This document shows, piece after piece, positions 33,524 to 42,751 of a stretch of 51,042 bases of DNA. A program made the position numbers and the translations under genes. Each line of letters opens with the position of its first letter. Positions within the stretch are counted from its first letter, which is position 1. Where the stretch lies: positions 1 through 51,042 of the IMG/VR virus record IMGVR_UViG_3300017420_000001; one strand, 5' to 3'. This stretch comes from a virus. The notes beneath the pieces were generated by a model. The model was given only the letters and a program-made list of their open reading frames with translations, made no database searches and was not told the DNA's origin.

Positions 33524-33615
33524 CACATCTAGCAGCGGGCAACCGACTACGGCTTTAGCCGGAACGGCAAACGGGTCCATCCTCCACCTCCGCCCGGCCC
33601 GCTGCGTTAGTTTGC

Positions 33616-33689
33616 GTCGGTGTAGTGTAATGGTAGCACTACGGTCTCCAAAACCGTCAGTCTAGGTTCAAATCCTAGCACCCTCGCCA
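33616..33689 (+). tRNA. tRNA-Trp(CCA): tRNA-Trp (anticodon CCA) with two acceptor-stem mismatches and an encoded CCA end
   Basis: Manual cloverleaf: U8; D stem GUGU/GCAC; anticodon stem ACGGU/ACCGU with loop CUCCAAA; T arm CUAGG-UUCAAAU-CCUAG; discriminator G plus CCA. The acceptor GUCGGUG/CACCCUC has U2:U71 and C3:C70 mismatches. Confidence 0.7.
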
Positions 33690-33690
33690 A

Positions 33691-34002
33691 CTACTCCCCC
33701 CGATACCGCTTCCGAATGGCTTCGGTGACAATCTCACCCGCCAGCTTGAACAGCCCGAAGCCGAGCCATCCGGCCATGAGCCCGATGCCCAGAACCCAAA
33801 TGATCGACAGGTCATGTTCCGCCGCCACAGCGCCGCCTAGAGCGCCAAAGCCGGGCAACATGCTAGCCTCGATCAAAAGCTGCCCACGGCCCACCGTACC
33901 GCCGTTTTCCAGCTTGTAGCCAAGGCGCGCGACCTGCCCGCTGATAACGGCTAGCAGCGTGATGACGTAATATTGCCAGTCGGACCAATCGAAACGCATC
34001 AA
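33691..34002 (-). CDS. Membrane protein, holin candidate (about 3 TM with a charged C-terminus)
   Basis: 103 aa with three hydrophobic helices and a KRYRGE tail. Overlaps the upstream gene by 4 nt. Confidence 0.45.
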   Translation of the reverse strand: MMRFDWSDWQYYVITLLAVISGQVARLGYKLENGGTVGRGQLLIEASMLPGFGALGGAVAAEHDLSIIWVLGIGLMAGWLGFGLFKLAGEIVTEAIRKRYRGE

Positions 34003-34490
34003 GGGTGCATCGTGCCTGCGACGGCGCCGATCCCCGCGCCCGCAAAAATAAACGCCCCGCTAGTCCATGCGCTAAGCGTGCGGCGCGGGCTGATCGCGGC
34101 GCGCACGCAAGCGATACCGATGCAGTAAACGGGCGTCATGGTCCACCGCAGCCAATCGGCCGCAATCAGGTCGTATCCCACCATGCGGATGATGGAGCCC
34201 GCCGACGCGCCCGCAATGCCCGCTCCCATCAGCGCCGCGCCGACGTACAGCACAAGCGCACTGGCGGGCGTCGTGAGGGCCGATAGCAGCCTGATATACA
34301 CGCCATCGAGTTCGCGCGCGACGGGCTCGAAACACTTGCCCGGCGTGGCACTCTTGCACCACAGCGATCGCCACCCGGCCACCGCCGCGCGCCCGAGCGG
34401 CGCCCCTCCCGCCGTCGCCAGAATGCCGCCCGAACAAAGCGACAACCACAGCGCGGTCGTGTTGAACACGTAGGCCAAGTGGTCAGTCAC
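33999..34490 (-). CDS. Multi-pass membrane protein
   Basis: 163 aa, G/A-rich, with several hydrophobic helices. Has 4-nt overlaps on both sides. Confidence 0.5.
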   Translation of the reverse strand: MTDHLAYVFNTTALWLSLCSGGILATAGGAPLGRAAVAGWRSLWCKSATPGKCFEPVARELDGVYIRLLSALTTPASALVLYVGAALMGAGIAGASAGSIIRMVGYDLIAADWLRWTMTPVYCIGIACVRAAISPRRTLSAWTSGAFIFAGAGIGAVAGTMHP

Positions 34491-34969
34491 GGGTTTGCCT
34501 TGCCTCTCGCCAAGCCATAAAGCCGCAGAATACCGCGCCCGCTAGGCACAAGCATCCGATTGATACGATCAAGCCCATTCTTCGCGCCGTCACCCGTTAC
34601 GATACACAGTTGACACACGAACAGGATGTTGAGCGTCAGGCGGTAATAATAGCCTATTTGTACGCCTTGCGATAGTGCGAGTTGATGCACGACGTGGCAG
34701 GCGAGCATTACCAATGCAACAAGATAGATGTGGCGTTTCCAATCGGCGGGGCGATCTATCCACATCATAAAAAGGACATAGCATACAAACAAGTCGATCA
34801 AGGCGTTGCCTATCGGCAAGCTACGCTTGTCGAGGATGACCGATGCCATCCATCCGCAAAAGAAAGCGAGCGCCGCAATCTTTCGATCGTGACGCTCGCG
34901 CTTGTTCGATAAGGCCGCTATGCCTATGGCCGCTCCGCAGGCGAGCCCGTAGAGCGGCCATACGGTCAT
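34487..34969 (-). CDS. Multi-pass membrane protein
   Basis: 160 aa with about 5 TM helices. AT-richer than its neighbours. Confidence 0.5.
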   Translation of the reverse strand: MTVWPLYGLACGAAIGIAALSNKRERHDRKIAALAFFCGWMASVILDKRSLPIGNALIDLFVCYVLFMMWIDRPADWKRHIYLVALVMLACHVVHQLALSQGVQIGYYYRLTLNILFVCQLCIVTGDGAKNGLDRINRMLVPSGRGILRLYGLARGKANP

Positions 34970-34972
34970 GCG

Positions 34973-35164
34973 TTAGCCGTTAGGTGGGGGAACGTCATCG
35001 TCATCATGCTTATCCGTTCCGCCGCTAAACGTCGTAACCTGTCCATCGGTTGCGCCGTGCTTGCGGGCCAGCTTGGTGAGTAGCGCATGGTGCGCCTTAA
35101 CCGCTCGCTCGACGCGATGCAAGCTATCGGCGATCTTCTGGCCGTCTTCAACTGGAAAGTTCAA
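34973..35164 (-). CDS. Small acidic hypothetical protein
   Basis: 63-aa ORF with a C-terminal HDDDDVPPPNG. Confidence 0.4.
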   Translation of the reverse strand: MNFPVEDGQKIADSLHRVERAVKAHHALLTKLARKHGATDGQVTTFSGGTDKHDDDDVPPPNG

Positions 35165-35252
35165 TTATCTTCTCCTGCCCGGATACCGCCGGGCGTCGGA
35201 TTTTTATCTGGCCACCCCCGAGCGCATCCGCTCAAAGGGAAATTGTAAGCGG

Positions 35253-37712
35253 TCACAGCGGCGCGAACCGCAGGATTTCTACCTTGTCTCCGGTGGTCGA
35301 GATGGACGCTTGCAGCCGCAGCCCCAACTCGGCCGAGATCGCCACGTTGACGAGCACCACGCCATCGCGGCTGAAGGTCAGGCGGTTGGCCACCCGCGAC
35401 CACCGCTCGATCGTGCTGGTGTCGTAGCTGCCGACACCGAAAAGCTGGCTGTCGTTCGCCAGCGAATAGACCGACGACCCGTCCGGGCTGTAATCGATCA
35501 ACTGGAAGATTTTTCGAAACGACGTGCCGTAATAATCGGCGATCAGCCCGACAAATAGTCGGTTCGCCGGGATGATCGGCAAGCGATAGATCAGCTCGAA
35601 GTCGCCGACGTAGCGTTCGGTTGCGTAGAGGGCCGCGTCACCACTCGGCGACTCGCCCGCGTTCTTGGTGAAAGTGTTTGTCGGACCCTCGGCGACGTTG
35701 ACGAGGTTGCGCGTCCACGCCGCGGCGTTGATGACCGGCGCCGGGATCGCGGTGCCGTCGCGCCAATTGGCGAAGCTGCCCGGCCGATAAGACTTGTTGG
35801 TGCCAGGGTTCGCGCCGAGGTTCCTCGTCCTCTGTTCGGGTCCGCCCGTATAGACCGGGCCGCCACCTAGGGGGAGCATGCCGAGCGGTTCGGCTTCAGG
35901 CAGCATGTTGCGCTCGCAACGGACGGCGCCGCCCCGCGACACCAACTGGATCAGCGGCGACATGGCCGCGCTGGTCATCAAGAAGTCGTTGTCGGTCACG
36001 TCGATCGTCGACGGGTAGCCGGTCGGATCGCCGCCGCTGTCTGTGCGGACGGAGTATCGAACGCCGAACGCATCCGAGACGTTGCCGTTGCCCACCATCC
36101 GGTTGCGACGAACCGCAAGGTGGCCCATCCGACCTTGAGCGAACACGCCTCCATTATATCCCGCCACGTCCGCATCCTCGACAATCACATCACCGACGAT
36201 GCTGCGCTTGCGCGGGTCGGGATCATCTGGGTCCATTGCTGACAATGGCAGGTTCGCCGCGACGGTCATAAAGTCTACCTGATTGGTCGAAGCGGGGGAG
36301 CGCCGTGCGACGGGGGCCGTGACCCGCAGTTCGCCGTCGCACTCAGTCACAGCGAACGGATAATCGACGTTGGTCATCTCGATTGCGCCGATCGAGACAT
36401 TCTTGTTGACCGCGCGGAGGCCATAGAACGCGTACGCCGCGTCGAGCCTTACCCCGACCGGATGGTCCTTGATCTTGCCGCGCCCGATGTGGCTTTCCGT
36501 CGTGCCGAGGACGCGGAAAGCGTAGTGGCCCGCAGTCGGCTGGCTCGGGAGCGCCGCGTCATACCGAAAGTCGTAGTCGCGAACTTCCGTATCATCCGCC
36601 CCGAACAGCGACACCGCCGCCCCGTTCGATCGCCCGACGATGTCGTGGATCTCGATGCCGGTCGGCCGCACGACGGCCTGGTTCGGCTGCTTGTCCGCCA
36701 CCGCCTGGTGATGCAGCACGTAGATGCCGGTGGTGGTGCGGTCGAACTCGATTTCGCGGACGATGCCACCGCGCAGTTCGTCGGTGCCGAAGCCGTTTTT
36801 GTGGACCGCGATGATGCCGGGATTGTTGGCGGACTGTCCTTGTGCGATGCCGCTAATGCGCAGCTTCTCGATGATAAAGCCGCTGTCTGGCGCTTGGATG
36901 ATGCCAAAAAACGGATCGCCCGAGTTGCCGTTGAACGTGCCCGTGAAGTCGATGTGCGTTGCCGATCCGGCGCCGGTCAGCCGAACCCCGGCCTTCAGCA
37001 TCAGCGTCGGGTTGAGGTTTGCAGGCAAGCGGATGTCGTGGGCGGGAAGAAGCCACGTCGAGTTTGTCGGGAACAGCGCAGCGCCTGCCCGGAGGTAATC
37101 GCGCGCATCCGCCGTGTCGGTGGCGAGCCCGGTCCAGGAGAACCGCCAGATATTGTCGGGCACGATCCGCACCCAAGCCTTTTGGGTCGCGGAAACGCCG
37201 TTGATGGCGACGTAGCGGGTGCCGAATGTGTCCGCCGCGATCTGCGCGCTGTAGTCGCCCGCGCGGAGTTGCCAGACGCCTTCGCGGCCAGACTCGGAAA
37301 GAAACGCCAGCCGCCCGACCGGCGTATCCGCCGCGACGCTGCGAAGAACCGACAGCGCAGATGCCTCGATCGGCAACCGCGTGTCGGTCGGAACCTGGGA
37401 GATGGCCATCTCCACCGCCGCGCGGGCCGTGTCCGATACCGCCGCGTTGGCTTGCGCTACCTGCGCCCATCCCTTCGAACTACGCTCACCGCCAGCAGGC
37501 ACGGGGCCTTCCGCCCATCCGCGCGATGTATCGCGAGCTACTTCCGCACTCAATCGGGCCGCTTCCGCTCCACCACGGGCCACCACCGCCGCATCTCGCG
37601 CATTTTTAGCATCCGCAACATTGCTGCTTAATGTAGCTGTCGCTTCAGCGGTAAGCCCACCGCGCGCGCCCGTCACTACTAGCTTGACACGGCCGATAGG
37701 GGAAAGCGCCAT
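35253..37712 (-). CDS. Large tail fibre / tailspike protein
   Basis: 819 aa. The Ala/Arg-rich N-terminus (NARDAAVVARGGAEAARLSAEVARDTSRGWAEG) is typical of fibre anchors. The central region could be a beta-helix, but that is unverified. Confidence 0.65.
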   Translation of the reverse strand: MALSPIGRVKLVVTGARGGLTAEATATLSSNVADAKNARDAAVVARGGAEAARLSAEVARDTSRGWAEGPVPAGGERSSKGWAQVAQANAAVSDTARAAVEMAISQVPTDTRLPIEASALSVLRSVAADTPVGRLAFLSESGREGVWQLRAGDYSAQIAADTFGTRYVAINGVSATQKAWVRIVPDNIWRFSWTGLATDTADARDYLRAGAALFPTNSTWLLPAHDIRLPANLNPTLMLKAGVRLTGAGSATHIDFTGTFNGNSGDPFFGIIQAPDSGFIIEKLRISGIAQGQSANNPGIIAVHKNGFGTDELRGGIVREIEFDRTTTGIYVLHHQAVADKQPNQAVVRPTGIEIHDIVGRSNGAAVSLFGADDTEVRDYDFRYDAALPSQPTAGHYAFRVLGTTESHIGRGKIKDHPVGVRLDAAYAFYGLRAVNKNVSIGAIEMTNVDYPFAVTECDGELRVTAPVARRSPASTNQVDFMTVAANLPLSAMDPDDPDPRKRSIVGDVIVEDADVAGYNGGVFAQGRMGHLAVRRNRMVGNGNVSDAFGVRYSVRTDSGGDPTGYPSTIDVTDNDFLMTSAAMSPLIQLVSRGGAVRCERNMLPEAEPLGMLPLGGGPVYTGGPEQRTRNLGANPGTNKSYRPGSFANWRDGTAIPAPVINAAAWTRNLVNVAEGPTNTFTKNAGESPSGDAALYATERYVGDFELIYRLPIIPANRLFVGLIADYYGTSFRKIFQLIDYSPDGSSVYSLANDSQLFGVGSYDTSTIERWSRVANRLTFSRDGVVLVNVAISAELGLRLQASISTTGDKVEILRFAPL

Positions 37713-38062
37713 TAGTTAACTCCGGGGTTCAAAATGAGAGTTCCACGCGCCATGATAACCGGCCCATTCGTACCGTCATTGGCGATAAGATCGTAGGCGA
37801 GGTTTACTTCTTCCTTGGTATTTCCATCACTAGGAAAAGATGCGCCTAATAGGTTAATATCAAAAGAACCAAGCAATGGCGCGCTGACAACTGCATTGAA
37901 CGTTGCGATAGCCGCTTCACCTGCATTAGCGGCAACTTTCATCAAAATCGTATATCCAGAAATATCAATAGGTTCACCAGTGTTGTAGTCGAGCAACTGA
38001 AAACCAATCGGCACATTGGCGTTGCGTTGCACTTCAATGTCAATGGGATCACGCAGCCACAT
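37712..38062 (-). CDS. Hypothetical tail-associated protein
   Basis: I prefer the ATG at 38062 (MWLRDPIDIEVQ...). AT-richer. Its stop overlaps the tailspike ATG. Confidence 0.45.
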   Translation of the reverse strand: MWLRDPIDIEVQRNANVPIGFQLLDYNTGEPIDISGYTILMKVAANAGEAAIATFNAVVSAPLLGSFDINLLGASFPSDGNTKEEVNLAYDLIANDGTNGPVIMARGTLILNPGVN

Positions 38063-38741
38063 CGTCAATAGCCTCTTGAAACGTAATAGAAACTTCGCCG
38101 CGCCCATTGCTGTATTCCGGCGCAATGTCGGCACCCGGTGCAACCGTAGCGTCCACTAGCGCCCAATCGAAATTAAGCGACGTGTCGTTTTCGATTGCTT
38201 GACGTAGCGGCGGATCAATGCTGTATTGGCTACCTCCTAGCGCGCGGACAATGCGGTGAGCGCGATCTGTGCCATCGGCATAGCGAATACCGAAAATTTC
38301 CGAGCCCTTTGGATCAACCCCGCGCGTCACATTAATCGTGAGCGTCGTGGCGCGGAGATCAGCCGCCGATGCAGTCGCGACCACTAGCGCCGATGCGTAA
38401 TTGACCGCATCAGGAAAGTATGGATCGCCCGTAAACGCTAGTCCGCCGTAGCGCGCCGTTCTCCCGCCCTGAACGCCGCGAGGGGCATCAAGATTGGCAA
38501 TCATGGGCACCTTGACGCGCTGAACCCCGCCTGCCAGATAGCTATCCCACGCGCCCCAAATACGCCGCTGATCCGTCGTGCGTAGAATGATGCCGCCGTA
38601 AGTTACTTGCCACAGCCCGCCGCCATCGGTACGAATGGATTGCGTCACACCGCTAAGCGAAGGTGGCGACGAAATAACGCGGCCCGTAAGCGAACGCTTC
38701 ACCGACGCAGGGTGTAGAAGGTGGGCAGGAAAAACGGGCAT
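38049..38741 (-). CDS. Hypothetical tail/baseplate protein
   Basis: 230-aa ORF in the tail module. No motif recognised. Confidence 0.5.
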   Translation of the reverse strand: MPVFPAHLLHPASVKRSLTGRVISSPPSLSGVTQSIRTDGGGLWQVTYGGIILRTTDQRRIWGAWDSYLAGGVQRVKVPMIANLDAPRGVQGGRTARYGGLAFTGDPYFPDAVNYASALVVATASAADLRATTLTINVTRGVDPKGSEIFGIRYADGTDRAHRIVRALGGSQYSIDPPLRQAIENDTSLNFDWALVDATVAPGADIAPEYSNGRGEVSITFQEAIDDVAA

Positions 38742-38783
38742 TGTTGCGCTAGATTAGCCTATGGGGTGAGGGTTTGGGAAGGG

Positions 38784-39386
38784 CTAGCCTCCATATGCCA
38801 CTCGCGCCAAATAACTTTCCAATGTCAGCGTCTCGCCAGCGTTGGCGATCTGCCCGGTGATTGTGAGAGTGGTGGCCGCGGCGGTGTTGATGGTGGTCCG
38901 GGAAATTGCCGTAGCCTGCCCGACGCCCGACGCGACGCCCCCGACTGCGATCTGTGCACTCTGTGAGTTGGCGTTGTTGAAGCCTGTCATGGGCCGGAGG
39001 GCGATCGTCGCCGCCGAGGTAATTACGGTGCTGAATATCTCGCTTCCGTTCAGTCGGACGCGGACTGTCTTGGCATTGGTGCTGCCCGTCATCGTGAACA
39101 GCGGGATTACCTCGACAAAACCGTTCGGCCCGATCGCGCCGGCCGGAATATTGATCGTTGCTAGTGTCGTTTCGGTGGTCGAGCCCGTCAGACTGATTGG
39201 TGCGCCAGAACGTCCCAAAATATAGCTGCTGTTCTGGCGCACCTTGCCGATAATCCAGCTTGCCAAAACGCCCAGCGATAGGCGGCGGGAGGCGAAGCTG
39301 CTGCCAGACACTGACGCTGTCTCCAGCAGCCCGGTGTCAAGCGGGTCGGCTTCCTCGGGAAGTTCGCTGATCTTCAAATTACCCAT
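38784..39386 (-). CDS. Tail fibre protein
   Basis: 200 aa. The N-terminus MGNLKISELPEEADPLDTGLLE is a common fibre/tailspike N-terminal pattern. The C-terminal part is T/G/A/S-rich. Confidence 0.6.
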   Translation of the reverse strand: MGNLKISELPEEADPLDTGLLETASVSGSSFASRRLSLGVLASWIIGKVRQNSSYILGRSGAPISLTGSTTETTLATINIPAGAIGPNGFVEVIPLFTMTGSTNAKTVRVRLNGSEIFSTVITSAATIALRPMTGFNNANSQSAQIAVGGVASGVGQATAISRTTINTAAATTLTITGQIANAGETLTLESYLARVAYGG

Positions 39387-39705
39387 CGCTGATCCTTACG
39401 TCTTGGGCTTCGGTAATGCGAGTGTCACCGGCTTCCGTAACCCGCGTATTAAAGTTGCTGATTTGCTGCGGCGCACCCGATCCGTAATCGTTGATCGGGG
39501 TCACTCGCACAGTGTAATTCTCCCACGGCCCGCCAGCCGCCGCGATTTGCTCGGACGTAATCGTGGCAGCGGTGGTAATGACGACGAACGCGATGGCAGT
39601 GCCCGCCGCAGTGGGTGGCACATACCCCGGCTCGCCCGGTGTAGTTGGGGGATCATATCCCGGCCCACCGGGGTTTTCGGGGTCTTCTCCGATTGGCCTA
39701 GCCAT
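39379..39705 (-). CDS. Pro/Gly-rich tail-associated protein
   Basis: 108 aa with collagen-like PGGPGYDPPTTPGEPGYVPP and a C-terminal TEAGDTRITEAQDVRISDG. Confidence 0.5.
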   Translation of the reverse strand: MARPIGEDPENPGGPGYDPPTTPGEPGYVPPTAAGTAIAFVVITTAATITSEQIAAAGGPWENYTVRVTPINDYGSGAPQQISNFNTRVTEAGDTRITEAQDVRISDG

Positions 39706-41557
39706 TGGGAATTACCTCCACGAGGTAGCGCGTGGTGAAGCGGGAAACGTTCCAGTCGAGGAAAAGGTTAGAGCCGTCGCTGTTAAGGCTCAACCCGGTC
39801 AATGCTTCGGGTAGCACGTTGCCCGTATTGACGGTCTCCGTGCCCGGCGGGCTCTGGCGCCCATCGCCCACCTTGTAGAATACCTCGACCTCAACATCCG
39901 CGAGCGGTAAAAAGCCCGTTTGCAGCGTCACGGATGCGCCGGGGTCAACGTCGGGGTACTCTTGCACCAGCCAAGAAACTGTGCCCGTAGCGCGCGTCTG
40001 AACGTACCATGTCAGGTCTGCGCGATCGGGGCCGTCAACCGTAAGGGTTAGTTTAACGCCAGGGGTGTTGAACGCGGTATCCTGTCCGTATTCGCGCACG
40101 ACATTGGTAATCGTCGGCGCAACAAGCGGCTGAACCACCACACCACCGCCAACGGGCGCGGACACGCTTTCTTCCGCCGTTGACCACTCGTCAATAGCAG
40201 GATCGACCAGCAACCAATCAAACGACACCCCGCCCGTCGCAATCGCGCGCGATAGGGATGTAATCTCGACAATGGGCACCCCTAGCAACGGGTCGTATTC
40301 GCCCTCGCGCAAGTCAAGATAGACGTATCGCTGCCCGCGCGCCTTACGGCCTCCAAGGTTTGTCGTAACCGACCCTCGTTTAGCCGCGTTGATCTGGGCA
40401 AATCGCCGCTTTGCCAATCGACGGTTTTGCGAGAAGCTAGGCGTTTGCGGATTGATGCTATCAGTTCGTTCGGCACCATTCTCCCCGCCCCAAGGTGTTG
40501 CCTCGACCTCATTCCAATCATGCTCTTCGCTGATATAGCTGACCTTTAGCTGGTCAACGCGGCTTTCGTCCTCGACGTTCGCCTGTAGGCTATAGCTGTG
40601 GATTTCGTTCGGCCCGATCGTGACCGTGGGCGTATAGACCCGCCCCGCATACACGATGATCGCCCCATCGCCGCGCGGCGCAATCCAGCCGTCGAATGTC
40701 TCAACTAGCGAGCCAATAACCTCCTTCGGAAGCGCGGTTGCGGTATAGCTGACACACGAACGATAGCGCGGCTCGCTACCGCCGCTTGCCAGCGCAACGG
40801 GTTCTTCACAGATGTTGGCGGCGTCGATCCAGTATTGCACGGTCGGCTGGATGCGCGTGCTATAATCATAGCCTCGCCGCTCCGTCAGATAGTGGAGCAA
40901 ATGCAGCACAGGGTTCTCGGTCCAAGCGCGCTGCCCGTTACGGGGATCAAAGCACAACTGCCACCGCCCCACCAGCGACATAGAAACCGCATCGCCTTGC
41001 GGATAGACCTTGGCGAAGTCCTTCGACTTGACTGACGCTTTGGTCAGATAGCCCGTCACCACACCATCGCCGCGATGGGCGTTGGTCCAAATGCCGGGCA
41101 ACAGCGATACGATATTGTCGAACGCGGTGTTGACCGCCGCGCCTAGCGTCCAGCCCGCTTTGACATTGCCCCCGCCATACTTGCCATCGCCAATAGCTTG
41201 CACGGTGTTGCCGTTCACCGTGACCTTCTCGTCGTTCAGATAGACTTGCTCGATCGCGTCCGCTTGCCCATCCGCAAAAGCGTACACATCGACGCTAGTG
41301 CCGTTCTGCGCGGTGGCATAGAGGGCATAATAGGGGAACAGCCTACGTCGCCCATACGCAAATACGCGGGGCGGGATAGGTTGTTTCTGCGCACTTTCAG
41401 CGGTGGGCGGCTTGGGTGCGCGGCCAGGATTGACCACCGACAGCACCGCGAGCGTAGCCGTGAACGCCGCCTGCCCCGCCGCAATATTGCCGCCGGTTGC
41501 GACAACTACGCCGACCGCTACAGCCGCTGCAATAATGGTATTGAGGGCCTTACCCAA
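39698..41557 (-). CDS. Central tail hub / host-specificity (gpJ- or GTA g15-like) protein
   Basis: 619 aa, the largest tail-tip gene after the TMP block, with a hydrophobic N-terminal segment. The call rests on position. Confidence 0.55.
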   Translation of the reverse strand: MGKALNTIIAAAVAVGVVVATGGNIAAGQAAFTATLAVLSVVNPGRAPKPPTAESAQKQPIPPRVFAYGRRRLFPYYALYATAQNGTSVDVYAFADGQADAIEQVYLNDEKVTVNGNTVQAIGDGKYGGGNVKAGWTLGAAVNTAFDNIVSLLPGIWTNAHRGDGVVTGYLTKASVKSKDFAKVYPQGDAVSMSLVGRWQLCFDPRNGQRAWTENPVLHLLHYLTERRGYDYSTRIQPTVQYWIDAANICEEPVALASGGSEPRYRSCVSYTATALPKEVIGSLVETFDGWIAPRGDGAIIVYAGRVYTPTVTIGPNEIHSYSLQANVEDESRVDQLKVSYISEEHDWNEVEATPWGGENGAERTDSINPQTPSFSQNRRLAKRRFAQINAAKRGSVTTNLGGRKARGQRYVYLDLREGEYDPLLGVPIVEITSLSRAIATGGVSFDWLLVDPAIDEWSTAEESVSAPVGGGVVVQPLVAPTITNVVREYGQDTAFNTPGVKLTLTVDGPDRADLTWYVQTRATGTVSWLVQEYPDVDPGASVTLQTGFLPLADVEVEVFYKVGDGRQSPPGTETVNTGNVLPEALTGLSLNSDGSNLFLDWNVSRFTTRYLVEVIPNG

Positions 41558-41558
41558 A

Positions 41559-41999
41559 TCACGGTCGCCAAGTCATGTGAACGAATTGCTTGGCGATACT
41601 AGCACAGAACAGCCCGTTAGGGGAGCGCATGTGCCAGCGCTTGCCCCCATAGATCGCGCCCACTTCCTCAGGGCCATGCTCGCCTAGCACTGTCACGATG
41701 CCCACATCGCCTAGCCGGGGTTCGTCGCATTCGGGGATGACCGCCTCAATCATGCCGAGCGTCATCAGATCGATGATCCCCCCGCCATCCGCCATAAAAG
41801 CCCGCGCGCCCGCCTCGCAATCATACTCGCCGCGCCAACGGGCCATAGGGTCATCGTTACCCCGCCACACTGACCAATCGGCCACCAGCGTACAGCAATC
41901 GTTGAGGCCCCAGGTCCACGGCGTTGAGGCAGCCTCCATGAGGTATTGTTGCAAGGTGGCGGCGGTCATAAAATGGGCGGTGTCGGACGTGGCATCCAC
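41559..41999 (-). CDS. Putative papain-fold (NlpC/P60-like) tail-associated peptidase
   Basis: 146 aa with WGLNDCCTLVADW (candidate catalytic Cys). Its position matches lambda gpK / GTA g14. Confidence 0.4.
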   Translation of the reverse strand: MDATSDTAHFMTAATLQQYLMEAASTPWTWGLNDCCTLVADWSVWRGNDDPMARWRGEYDCEAGARAFMADGGGIIDLMTLGMIEAVIPECDEPRLGDVGIVTVLGEHGPEEVGAIYGGKRWHMRSPNGLFCASIAKQFVHMTWRP

Positions 42000-42181
42000 A
42001 TAACGGGCTTAAATGCAATGCGATCAGCGCATCCATCGGCACCCCATTGCTCGCCGCTTTCCCATGTATCCTTAGGGCCATCAAACGACCACTCGCGGCT
42101 AGCCAATTCCACTTCTTTTCCGTCCGTTAGCCAGACGGTATCATATGTTTCCGGCGCTGTCTCAATCGGTTGCCATTGCAT
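41966..42181 (-). CDS. DUF551-like small protein
   Basis: 71 aa. MQWQPIETAPE...KPVMWMPRPTPP follows the DUF551 pattern. Confidence 0.5.
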   Translation of the reverse strand: MQWQPIETAPETYDTVWLTDGKEVELASREWSFDGPKDTWESGEQWGADGCADRIAFKPVMWMPRPTPPIL

Positions 42182-42190
42182 CTTAACCTC

Positions 42191-42751
42191 CTACGATCTC
42201 GGCCCAAATGGCCTAGTAACCTGCGCACTAATCTTGCCGATGTTAGAAAAAAACGCATCATCAGGCGAACGTCGCCGTTGGTCTGCATCGGTGAAGAACC
42301 TTAGATCGGCCTTGCTCCGACCAGTATCACCAGCACCGATAGATAGGCTAACGCTACGGACCACGCTACCATCCTCGGATGCCTGACGGTCCACGCCCAC
42401 AACGTCCGCACGGCCCTCCCACTCCCAATCCACCGCCCCCACGGGCTGGTTCATGCTATCGAGCGCCAGCGTCCCGATCCGCACCAGCGAGCCTTGCACG
42501 CCCGGCGCTTCATCGGATGCAAGGGCCTGAATGCCCGTATCTACGCCACTGACTGCGACCTCGATCCGATCAGCCACGCCGTTGATTAGCTGTTTCAGTT
42601 CCGGCACGTCGAGAAGCTGACCCGCGCCCTTGTAGGTGGTCGCGCCCGCCAACGCGTCACCCGCAACGGGCAGCGGTCCGACGCCGCTCCACAGATAGGC
42701 AGGGGTCGGACTTTCTAGACGAAAGAGGATCACTTCGCGGAGTTCAGGCAT
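42191..42751 (-). CDS. Putative distal tail protein
   Basis: 186 aa downstream of the TMP, separated from it only by small ORFs (42744..42914). The call rests on position only. Confidence 0.4.
   Translation of the reverse strand: MPELREVILFRLESPTPAYLWSGVGPLPVAGDALAGATTYKGAGQLLDVPELKQLINGVADRIEVAVSGVDTGIQALASDEAPGVQGSLVRIGTLALDSMNQPVGAVDWEWEGRADVVGVDRQASEDGSVVRSVSLSIGAGDTGRSKADLRFFTDADQRRRSPDDAFFSNIGKISAQVTRPFGPRS

Noticed and set aside
33532-33605. A second tRNA upstream of tRNA-Trp (74 nt with a 9-bp closing stem)
   Set aside because: I could draw no T-loop (TTCRANY), D-loop GG or anticodon arm. It is kept only as a structured-leader observation.
33616-33689. The tRNA as an attP/integration site remnant of a temperate phage
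   Set aside because: No integrase, recombinase or excisionase gene was recognised anywhere in the complete genome, and the tRNA has all four arms plus its own promoter. An expressed phage tRNA is the simpler reading.
36462-37631. 389-aa plus-strand ORF inside the tailspike gene, with similar cases at 13012..13650, 25654..26415 and 15469..15981
   Set aside because: All are antisense shadow ORFs of long minus-strand genes, with an R/G/A/P-rich composition and no independent signals.
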